From: Mytilus trossulus
Lineage: Eukaryota
NCBI RefSeq assembly: GCF_036588685.1
Contig: NC_086379.1
Span: 79,732,001-79,796,000 of the forward strand
Length of the DNA stretch: 64,000 nt
Reading direction: 5' to 3'
Shown: one piece after another, positions 1 to 12,100 of the stretch
How positions within the stretch are numbered: the first letter of the stretch is position 1
Layout of the letters: each line of letters starts with the position of its first letter
Made by a program: the position numbers and the translations under genes
The notes under the pieces: generated by a model
What the model saw: the letters and a program-made list of their open reading frames with translations, nothing else
Database searches by the model: none
Told to the model about the DNA's origin: nothing

Positions 1-43
1 TGTTGAATATTGTTTATTGATATGGTTTTCTTTTCCTCAATAG

Positions 44-174
44 AATGTAACCCTCATAAACCAGTATATGGTCTGCCATTAGAGGAGCACTTACGTGTGA
101 CAGGACGAGATGTAGCACTTGTGATAGAGGCCTGCATCGTTACAATCATTGAAGGGGGTGGAATGGAGGAAGAG
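44..174 (+). CDS. ARHGAP44: RhoGAP exon (CNPHKPVYGLPLEEHL...MEEE)
   Basis: tag| acceptor, |gttagt donor, start of the RhoGAP domain. Confidence 0.9.
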
Positions 175-3100
175 GTTAGTTTATAGATATGAGTATTTTA
201 TACTAGACTACAATTAATGGCAGTATGTATTTTATTCCCTAAGCAGAATTTTTAATACTCTAGTTCACAAAGTAATAGACCAAAGGAAGACATGTCACCA
301 TACCTGGACACAGTATTCCAACAAGAGCTGACCAGATTCTTAAATACTGCATGCTTAAATAAGAAAGCAGTGAAGTAGCAAATACCAATTTTCAAGACTA
401 TGGTTTGATCCAGCTGGGGTTCCAACCCAAGATCTTCCTCACTCTGTTAAAGAAGTAAAGCAAATATAAAAGACACAATAAAACATATATGAATATGTAT
501 ACCAGACAGACAAATGTTTTGTGAGCGTCTGAGCCCAATTTTTAATGTGCTAGTTCAAAAGGTTAAATTAAACTTAGTAATGTTAAAGCATTCAGATATA
601 TTATGAATATACAGCTAACCATGTAATATCAGTTTAAGATTCTTATTCTAATCCCACATAAAAATGAATACAAATTGAGATAAAAAAAAAAAAATACCAA
701 TATCTTAAGTTGTCATTGAAATTTTTGGGTATTTTGAAAATATTTTGTATAGTTGTAAATCAAATGGGAAATAGTAAATGAACAAAATGGATGAAATAGA
801 TTGAAGTATAGAATATAAAGAAAGTTATTTAATTTCAATTTCAGGGATTATTTAGAATAGCAGGAATGGCTTCACGAGTGAAAAAGTTGAAGGTAAGGAA
901 GACAACTGAATTGTTTTATCTTGATTAAGGGAAAATATATAGGTTACAAGAGCGCTGTTATTCGTAATGCATTTTCCTTTGGATACAAGTGGTGTACTGT
1001 TTGTTATTTCTAAAAGAATACACAATCTAAGGAAAACAGGTAGTAGACTCACAAACTCGACTTTAAAAGTCACAATTCGAACAGAACATCGACTTTAACA
1101 GTGCTTTTTTTGTTTTCAAGGGGGGTTTCGTCCAAACCCCCCCTGGCTACGGGTATGTATGGTCATGCAGCAAAAATTGACCCAAAATGCAGTTGAAAAA
1201 AGATTGTCTATTTTTTCTCTTCATGGCCTTGACGTGCAAATGTGGAAAATATTTTCTATACTTTATTAAATGTGAATTTGATTTTCTGGAATTTTTAAAC
1301 CTAATTCTATAAGCTTTTGATTAAAAGTAATTCCAATCCTATATCATCCAATCAGAAGCTGTACAGGATTCTATTTTGAGTACCATCCACAGGTAAAAAA
1401 ACATGTCTGTAAAATGTAAACAAATAATTGTGCTCATGTAACCTATATTTAAAGTCAATCTCCATGGAAATAAAAGATTATATGGGAAATAAAGTATATG
1501 AAGCAATCTTACACATACATCTTAATGAAAAAGTTTAAAAAAGAGAGTAAAAATATTGGAGTTAATGCCCCTGGACAGATGGAATATAAGCATGTTATCA
1601 CAGTTCTTTTAGTTATTGAATTCAGTGAGATATAGAAAAGTTCCAAATATTGAAAATTAACAATTTACTCTGAGCTTAACACATGTAACCTTATTTGTTG
1701 TAGACCTCCTTTGATGCTGGTGTGGTAGATATGGATGAATATGCTCTTGATATACATAGTGTAGCAGGTAAATAGTGACCTATGTTTAATGTTGTTTAGT
1801 TTTATAAAAGCAGAGGATGAAATTGCAGCTAAGAAATACTCTCTCCTGTAAAGAAAACATCCATTACTAGAATTACAATAGTTTTTCATGTTACAAAAAT
1901 AGTATTTACTATAGCCCCGCTTTAAAAAAGGGGGGATATACTGTTTTACCTCTGTCTGTCCTTCCGTCAGTCAGTCAGTCTGTCCCATGAATATTTTTAG
2001 TCGCATTTTTCTCAGGAATTACAATACAAGGATTTATGAAATTTGGTTTCAGGGCTTATCTAAGTCAGCTATACCCTGTGATTCGTTTTCAGATTGATCA
2101 CTTGACAACTTCCTGTTTACCGAACACTTGTATGATTTTACACATGAAAGCCAAGTTGAAAATTTTCGTCAGATTTTTCTCAGGAACTACAATACAAGGA
2201 TTTCTGAAATTTGGTTTCAGGATTTATATAAGTCAGCTTTACTGTGTGATGCGTTTTCAGATTCATCACTCGACAACTTCCTGTTTACCGAACACTTGCA
2301 TATTTTTACACTATTAATATTATCCACTTGCAGCGGGGGTATCATCAGTGAGCAGTAGCTCGCAGTTTCACTTGTTATTCCTCATGGAGACAAGCTAACC
2401 TACCAAGCAAAATTTAATCTTTACACACAAAACCCTGGATATGATTACAAAATATATTATTTGATTTTTGAAAACGTTCAGATTTTGATAATAAATTCAT
2501 ACAAATCAGAGGAACTATGGCTGTGTATAGATGTGTAATTCTATTTCTTCAAAACTGTTACAATTATTTTGAATATGATATGGTGATGGTAATTTTAATA
2601 TTATACACCTATTGACTTGGTGTGAGGGTAATGGCAAGTTTGTTGTCCCTGAGATACCAACTATTTCTCAAGGTAAAGCCAAGTGCAATAGTTGGTATGC
2701 GAAGAACAACAAACTTGCTATTACCAGCAAAACCTGTCATTAGGTGTTTTATTATACTGAACAACACAGTCATTAAGTGTTTTTATATACCAAATCAACT
2801 AATTTTCAAAATGTGTTCATATATCATCTGAAAGAAAAGAAAAAATGTCGCATAACTTGACATGCACAAGATGAACTACGCGTTTTTTTTTATATTGTTC
2901 TTCTTGTATCAGTAAATGTTTCATTAATTGCTATCAAGGCTAGAAATACTAGTGTTAAATTTTCCGTGCATATGATGTATTAAGCTAAAGTACACCAAAC
3001 GCAAATTCACTTTTAGAATACAACTACTGAACCGATATTGTGAATTAGGTACTATATTTTAGATCTTTAAAAATGCGTTCGAAGATTTTCTCTTTTATAA

Positions 3101-6100
3101 TTGCTTCTTGTAAGTGAAATTACAATCGACACAAACAGATCATACCATTTACAATATTAGAGTTTGACGTTGCCAAGCAAAAAAGTCAATGACATCATTA
3201 TTGTCCAATGAAAAATAAGCATGAAAAAGTACGGGAAAGATGATTATAAAACTATTAACCGGGGTAATAGTCTTTGAAGTTATTGACTGGCAAACAGTCT
3301 GTGGAATGATGTAGCACAACTATTTCATTATTTTTTATATAGAAAAAACATACTGAGGTATAATATTAATTATTGTATTTCCAGGTGCATTAAAGCAGTA
3401 TCTTAGAGAACTACCAGAACCCTTATTGACTTACTATTTATACCAAGATTTTATCAATGTTTTATCACTGTAAGTAGTTATGTTACTTGTTAATTGTGCT
3501 ATTGAATAAAAAAAAATGGACTGTTTACAGCTTTTACATTAATGCTAGCAAGACAAATCTTTGTTTGGCTTGCTTGCTTTGTTTGAATCAATGTTTGCTC
3601 AAGCATGGAAATTAAGATAGGCGGGGCTTCAGCTTGTATACATCATACTTAAATTTTAATGGGCGTTATGTTTGAGGTTAAGGACACTGAATTTTGAAAC
3701 ATCACAAGTGACAAATATAAAGCGCAATCGTAGAAATGGAAGCCAAATTTTTTTATTTTTTTTTCGAAGATATTCTTTTTCATCATTCAACTTAAAAGAC
3801 TGTCTTCAAGCACTTTTAGTAAAACAAAATAGCTATTCGAACACACCTACTCTGATTTTGTGATTCATTACATAGGTACTTAATTTGACCTATATATATT
3901 TCATCTGATTTGTTTTGTTATAAAGTCAACCTGTAGCTACGCTATGTAAAAATGATAGAATCTGAAGCGAGATGATGTATCAAATGTTCTTGCTTTGTAT
4001 GTTTTCAAGACAAAATATTCATCTCAAACACACCCTTACATAAAAAGGTTGACTCGATTTTCTCTTTTTGATACAATTGTTATCAATTTTTTTTTCTTGA
4101 GTCACATAATCATGATAATGAAAGGGCAGACACGGAAACAACTGAACTTGTATGTACTCCGTCTGTGGTAATTAAAAAAAATCGGAGGTTATGCTTTTTC
4201 TTCATCCAACTTGATAGGGGTGTTCCACCCAACTTGATAGATAGCCATGTCGTCGACTTGATATCTAATTGTTCTCCATAACTATGTAAAAGATAAATTG
4301 AAAACTTATGCAAATGTTTGTTTTTTACAATAAAACACTTCGTATAATATTTGAGAAGAAAATTGTTATTTTATTTGTTTCTATTAATTTTTAAAAATTA
4401 GTTACATTAGTTACTATAGTAAACAGTACAGAAAGCATTAATCGGCTTCTCTATTAACAAAGAATAATCAGTTTGAAGGTTTACAAGCAAAAATTAATCC
4501 AAAGTGCGCAATGTTCAATAACAATGGACATAATAAATAAAAGAGATGAATTAAGTCACCCCCTACTTAATCTATCCCTTTTATTAGAAAATCAAGTGCA
4601 CCTTCTTATGTTAGGGTGTGTTTGAGATGATTATTTTGTCTTGAAAATGTACAAAGCAAGAACATTTGATACATCATCTCGCTTCAGATTCTATTATTTT
4701 TATATAGCAAAGCTACAGGTTGACTTTATAACATAAACAAATCACAATACTAAAAGATGAAATATATGGGTCAAATGAAATACCAATGTAATGAATCACA
4801 AAATCATAGTAGGTGTGTTCATAACAATGGCCAGAGGCGCCTGACTTTGATCTCCATCTTTTGTCTTCTCCAAAACAAAACAAAATAAACTTAAATCATC
4901 ACATGACCAAAGTCACAACTATAGAACTAGTAGAAAACTGTGTTACAACTTTAAAATTGATATTATCGAACCATTTAACCATTTTAAAATGCATAAACAT
5001 TAAATGTTGTAGAGATCCTAAATTTTATTAAACTTTTATAATTTTGATTATAGGCCACAAAACCAGAGGCTCCAGGCTCTTTGGAAAGTAGTACATGACT
5101 TACCAGAACCCAACTATAACAATTTTAGGTATGTTTTAAACAGTTCAGTCTAAACTTGTCACCAAGAGAAAGAAACCACAATACATGCAGGTACAATCCA
5201 TTTGTTTTGTGCATGAAACTTCCAATGATTTTTACATACAGACATAAATTCTTTAACTGGTATTATCAATATCAATTTGTACTAAAAATAGTTCTTTGGT
5301 TTCCAATAGAAAAAAAGAACACCATTTCACGTTGCCTGTCTTTCTTCTGATGTTTAAGGAGGCTCGCGGGTATAAAATTTTCAGAAAAAAATCAAACATT
5401 CATTTTTCTTTACAAATTTTATTAATCACCTTTAGTAGTTGTTACTTTATCTTATGGTACAAGAATTTTTCAAAAAAAAATTACATGTTGGCCCCAGGTG
5501 ACTTTTTAAATTTAAATATCATTGAAAAAGCTCCAAATTATCTCCCTTTGGTGCAAAAATGCCATTTTTTTGGCTAAAAAATGAAATATCTTTTTTAACT
5601 CATCGGTGACCTATATTTTTTATTGTTGTTTTCGAAAAGGCTGTACATAAACTGAATAATTGTAAAATTTAACCAATTTCTGTAATTTAGTTCTTTTTTT
5701 ATTTCGATATTACTAATATTTTTCCTATTAGTTCAACAGAAAAAAAGGACATTAACAAAAATGTATGCTTTTTTCAAAGGCAGATTGTGAGCGTAAATGC
5801 ACGGTGACCCCATTTTTTTATTTCATTTTTCCATTAGGTATAAGATAAAGTTAATTTATAGAAAAATATAGAGAAATCCTATATTAAATAAAAAAAATGA
5901 TTTAGACCCGCGAGCCCCCTTAATGACTGTAAAATCCATCAACCATACTTTCTGGACAGTATATGATTGAAGTGATGATGATAAAGAAATATTGCACCTA
6001 CCTTATGCAACAAAGGTTCAAAATATTGAAAGATGCACTTTTAGCAATTGAATGCATATCAAGGACTCCCAGTCCAGTCAAATCAAAGATTTAAACTGAT

Positions 6101-9100
6101 ATTTGTTGTTTCTCTGCTAGGCGCACTGCATTCAGGAATTAGGCCAAAATTTTGGTGACTGAGTCCAAATATGTTTCTGAATATTAATCCAGCCAAGCAT
6201 GTTAGTTAAACATTAAGTAAAGAAGATTTTCTACATACACCAATCATCTTCATCAATGTACAACTTAATCATTTTCATGTGTTTATTGCATTTGATCATC
6301 CAGGGGTGATTTTCATATTTAGTGTCCTCAATCTTATTTCAAATGCATTAGAGATCAAAAACTTGATGTATAATTTTTTTTCTTTCAGATACTTAGTGAA
6401 ATTTCTAGCACAATTAAGTGAAAAGTCTGACATAAACAAGATGACACCTAGTAACATAGCTATAGTTATTGGTCCTAATCTGTTGTGGCTCGAAGGAGAT
6501 GCAGGGTAGGTATAATTATTTAGCTCAATTAATTGGTCCAAACTGCTATAATAAATGCGGTTCAGGGTAGATATAACAATATTGTTAAATAATTTGTCCT
6601 AATGTGTTAAGGCTGGCTTAACCAATAAGCAAACTTTGAAATCATCTTTGTGAGGAAACAAATAATCATCATTTTATATATAAAAAAAAAAATTCCTGCT
6701 TTTTATAATTTATTTATTAATAACCAGTAAATTAGCTGACTACATTGTCTAATTTCCAGCAATGTTCAAAAATGACAATTTGTTCTCTATCTTTTCCAGA
6801 GCTAGTATGGCTAGTAGTGGATCTGTTAGTAATCTCTTAGAAATGATTGTTTCAAATGCAGACTGGTTTTTCCCTGAAGGTTAGTAAATTTGAAGCTTTC
6901 ATAATATTATTGTTTAAACAGGCTAGTTTTGGTAATAGGAATCAAATGTATAAATATTATAGTCCTTTATAGAGAAGGAAGATTTCGCTATTTATCAAAC
7001 CTCCATTTTAAATGTGTATAGTGAAATATGTACCTTAATAGGCATTTCATGTTTCAGTTTAAAAATGACTTCTGATAACAATAGTAGTTTATTTATACAG
7101 TGCAATATATTATTAATAATCATTAAAGAAACTATGTTATAATATCAATTCAATCTGTTTTACAGTGACAGTGTTAAACATTTGATTATTTCTTTTATTT
7201 TCAGCAGAAAAATTCTTTAATTTCTACCTCTGTCCCCCTACTCCTACCTCTAAAGTTCCTCATGTTTTCTCATAAATTTCTGAAATTTTACATATTCATC
7301 ATGTTCATGGCTGTATATTTACATATTTATCAAATGATTTTGAGACTCGTATTCATTTATATGCTCTGATTGAAACTATTCTTAAATTAGATGTACTGTA
7401 ATCTCATAAATTGTAACCCTTCCTGTTGAATATCTCTTAAGCTCTTTGCATGTTAGAGACAAAGAAGAAATTTATCAAACAATTTACGCAACCTCTCAAG
7501 CTCTCTTAAAATTGTTAATATTTTTTCATTTTAGAGTTGACTTTAAGTGATAAAAAATTTTTACAGTTTGGAGAACATTCAATACTTAATCAGATTATCT
7601 TTATTGGATCTTTACCAAATTCTACATAATGAATGGTTTCATAAAGTCCCCCCTTTTTTTGCTGTACCATAGTCTCTCTATTTTTAAAATATTTTTGAAA
7701 TTACTATTTCTACTTTTCATTTGTTTATCAGCTTGATTTTATCCAATACATTGAATACAGGTCTTCACATAGATTTTTATTCTTTTAGTTAACAGTACAT
7801 CTAGTTTAATTATTGGATATGCTAGTTGGTTTTATGTATACATATTGCTTCCTATAAACTGATTATAACTGAAGGACTCTAGTATACATATAACTTTGAC
7901 TACAATTATTGAATGATTTTATAGCTTTAACAATATATATTAAATGTGTCTTATGTACCTATATAAACTTTGGGATGTTTTTGTCAACTTTTACACAGAT
8001 ATAGACTTTCACCAAGTTAACAAAGGCACTGCACCCCCTCGAATATCTAGCAGCTCGAGTGACAATGTGACAACAGTTTCAACAGCAGTTGTTGCACCAA
8101 TGCAAGCATCAAATACTCTGTCTTCTATAGCAAGAGCATGTGAAATAGTTACCCCTGCTGTAACTTTACCCATCACATCACATTCTGATGATAGCATGTC
8201 AAATGTAGAAGAAACTGATGTTTTTGCTGATAAGGTATCACCATCGTATCAGTCGTCAGCGTACAGTGCTGGAAAGTCATCACATAGTAGCTCGTCTGAC
8301 AAGAGCCCAGGTGATCTTGTTAAATCCTATAACTCACCACGTTGCAGTGTCATTAGCCACCATAGTAATTCTATATCATCTAACACTAACGCTAGCACTG
8401 ATAATTCTTATACTCGCTCAAGCTCTGTTCCACCTGTTGAAAAGAGTGTTCATTCTGATGTCTACAGTACTATGTTTGCTTTACACTCTCTGGGTGACGG
8501 AAATGTTTCAAACTATATGACTAAAGTACGTGGAATATTGGATGTCAAACATCAGCAACAGAAAGGGCCATCAGCTTCAAGCGGGCAAATTCATAAAGTT
8601 GGGAGAAGTGACAGGGTATTAACGGCAAATAAAAGATGTTCCTTACAGCCAGGTCAGATCAAATGAAAACATCATTTATTTAGCATGTGTTTTATTCTGG
8701 ACTTTTCTGTTAGATAGTTTGAACCTTTTTCTACACATATATCATTATCATTTTTATACTTCATGGATATGAGTATGAACTTTTTGAAGATTGGTATTTT
8801 AAGTTGAGTTGATTTTGTTTGAGGTCAATTTTTTAAAGTGCAGATCATTTATTTTTTCAAAATAGATTAGATTTGTGGTACATTCATTCATTTTTTGTCT
8901 GGTTTGCAGCATAGAATCGATGAGGAATTCACATTTAAAAAAACCAGCTTACTTTTAGAATTTGTAACTGTAATCATAAGAAACTTTTTAATTTTATTTC
9001 ATGGCTTGAACTGCATAGAAAATGTTTGAAAGGTGTATTTTTGTCGAGGCTTGAAGAATGAAAAAAAGGCGGAACAAACAACAATTGCATTGCTTCAATG

Positions 9101-12100
9101 TTTTGTGATTAGGTCAATTAAAGGGGAACAACAATTTGGTATGCAGTTGTATAATCAGTGGCACATCTCATATCAATGGGAATTATTTTACCCTGCCCCA
9201 TGTCAGTCATTGTCTATTGACTTCGAATATTTTGTCTTGTTTATTTGTTAAAGGTCATTATAAGGCCAGCTTAAGGAAAACCTCTAGTGGTAGGCCAATG
9301 ATGTTTGGTATGTAGTTATATAAGCATTGGCATTTCTCATTTCTCATTTCCATGGGGATTATCTGATCTTGCCCCTTCATTTATTGCCAATTTACTGTGA
9401 AACTTTTGCATAGTTTGCATTTTAAAAGTTTGTGATAAGGTCAGTTTAAAGAGATCAAGTACTGTTTGATCGATAATTTTTATATGCTCTTGTATTGATA
9501 TTTGAATGTACCATTTCCCTTAAAATTATATGGCTCCACTCCCTCATCATGGTTCATTGACTTTGAAACTGTAACAATTTTAATATGTAAATTGTTAAGG
9601 GTTCAAAGTCAATGAACCATGATGAGGCAGTGATTAAAATTTTTGTTTAAGGTCAGTTTATAGGGAACCGCTCCTGATAATTCTATGGTTTATGCTAGGC
9701 ATGTATTAATATTGTCATATCTCATTTTCACGGGGGTTATTTAGTCATTCACCTTCAGTTATGATTCATTGACTTCAAAGGTTTTGCATAGTTTACATGT
9801 AAAAACAGGCCATTTTAAATTCAACATATGCATTATATCATCAAAATTACTAAAAATGAGACATATCTCTTTGTCAACAGTTTATTTATGTTTATTTATG
9901 TTGAGATTAAATTTATTCTCTTGATCTCAATAATACTCATAAATCATGTTCATTGAAATCATTTTTTTCCACATCATGCATGCTTAGGTGATAAATGATT
10001 AATTGACTGTCAATCATTTTTAGTAGAACTTTGAATGAAGAAAAAGGTTCAAATTGTGAAAATTTGAATTTTGCCAAAAAATATATGTATATATTCTTTA
10101 CTGATTTGGGTGGATTTTTTTGCCTGATACCCTTATGCTTGCTCCAATTTTCAGATTTGTTTGATGTTAGCCGAGAAGACTGTCACATGATAGCATGACA
10201 TTGTCATTTATTTTATTTTCATTGCTGTGTATTTTTTAGCATAAATCATATATATCATTTCCTCTGTATTGATCTCAGTGTGCTTTTAACTGTTTTAATT
10301 TGTAACACAATGTAATACAAATGTTGATTTTCAAATTTTATGCACAAAAAAACCCTACTTTAGAGCTTGCTGTTTGGTGTGAGTTAATGCTCTGTGTTGA
10401 GGGCCATCTATAATGGTTAAGTATTTACAAATTTTGACTTCAGTTGTCTCATTGGCACTCATTCCACATCTTCTTATATCTATATACATTATGATTTACT
10501 CATTAGTGGTTCTATCAATGAAATATGTAACTTCTTTTATATGATATCCCAGATTATCACTTATTTCACCACTAGGGTCTATCTTTTTTACCTTCTTGTG
10601 AGGTTATATTATGAGATTTTTGTCCCCTGCATAACTAACATGTTTTGGGTGACATAGAAATACCAGGTGTCTGTCTGGTCTTGGTAGAGTTATCACAGTA
10701 CAATTCTTGCCAGATTTTTATAAAACTTATAATATAAGTTAATGTCAGCAATATCTCAGACAAGTTTTATAAGGGTGGACAATCAGTTTTTATTAAAAGA
10801 GTTATACCCCTTGGAAATATTAAACTTTTGGAAATATTAAACTTTTGGAAAATTTCCTTGTTAGCGCTACAAAACAGTGTTTTATTTAGTTAGTACCCTT
10901 GTACCTTGGATAAATAAAATATGTGCAAAGCAGGGGACATAGGAAATCTGTTCTTTTATTGTCTCATGTTCACCTACCAAATTCCTTTTCTTTTCATTTG
11001 TACTTTTAAATATACTTCTGTTGAAACAGAGATTTAAGTGCATTTTTTTGTGTATAGACTTTAAAATCAACATACTGTACATGTATATAAACTGTGTGTA
11101 TTCTTTTTATTAGAAATAACTCAATTATAAACTTTGAAAAATTTGAACTTTTTTTCAGAAAGTTTTAACTTTTATCAAACTTAAACAACTGTTTTTAATT
11201 ACCAAAATGAATATAAGTTCAGACTGTGGCTCAAATGTGACTAATAAAACTATAGGGATTCTTTTAAGTACAAAAAGGATACCAGTTAATTTATAGTTGA
11301 GTTATATTTGCAATGACACTTATTTATATTTATGAATTATGCTTTAAACTTAACAAATGTTATTTAGGATTGTTTATGATATATATAATTCTAAATAAAC
11401 ATACTGTGTTGTTAACATTCTTCTGTCAGCATCTATCAACATAGATATTTAGTTATAATTCACAGACATTTTCATATTTAAATAAACAGGCTGTTTTCAT
11501 ATATCATTAGTCTTCTTAATTTTTTTAACTTACCAATAAGGCCATTCATTTTATAAAAAGAGGTAAGTGAAGCCAATGAATTATTTAAACTCATCAGTCA
11601 AAAACAAACTGACAATGCTATTGCAAAAATGAAAATCGATCAAAAGAAAAATAAACATATAAAAAACACAAAATGGAAAACTAAAGACTGGGAATCAGAA
11701 ACCCAACCAAAAACAGAGTGATCACAGGTGTTCTGGAAGGGTTGGCTGATCCTGCTTCAAATGTAGCTCCAGTTATGTTGCTCATGTAATTACAAAACCT
11801 ATGATAAATCTAGTTCTATACATCACATACAAGGAGAAAATAACAGGATTCATGGTTACGACAATTGTTACATATTTGTCGTCATCTGTGAAACAGATAC
11901 TTCATGTCGGTCAACCAACTTATGATGGCAGCTGAATAAATTTTGAAAGGATGATTTCAATCCTATTCTTGGAACTCAAGGTTTAATAGCTTCCATGTAA
12001 GCAGCAAACCTTGTTCAAGGAAATCATGACAGGAAATGCAAGCTCTGTAATCTTTTATCAACTGGGAGTCAATATGTTTATGGATAAAAAAAAAATCAAT

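Noticed and set aside
5972-6100. Possible intronic C/D-box snoRNA (GTGATGA...CTGA)
   Set aside because: No terminal stem or recognisable rRNA guide, and it overlaps a SINE fragment.
7535-7630. Acceptor-like TTTTCATTTTAG followed by a VDFK-like sequence as a third alternative RhoGAP exon
   Set aside because: The VDF frame does not match the phase-1 donor at 6879, and the in-phase reading is short and uninformative.
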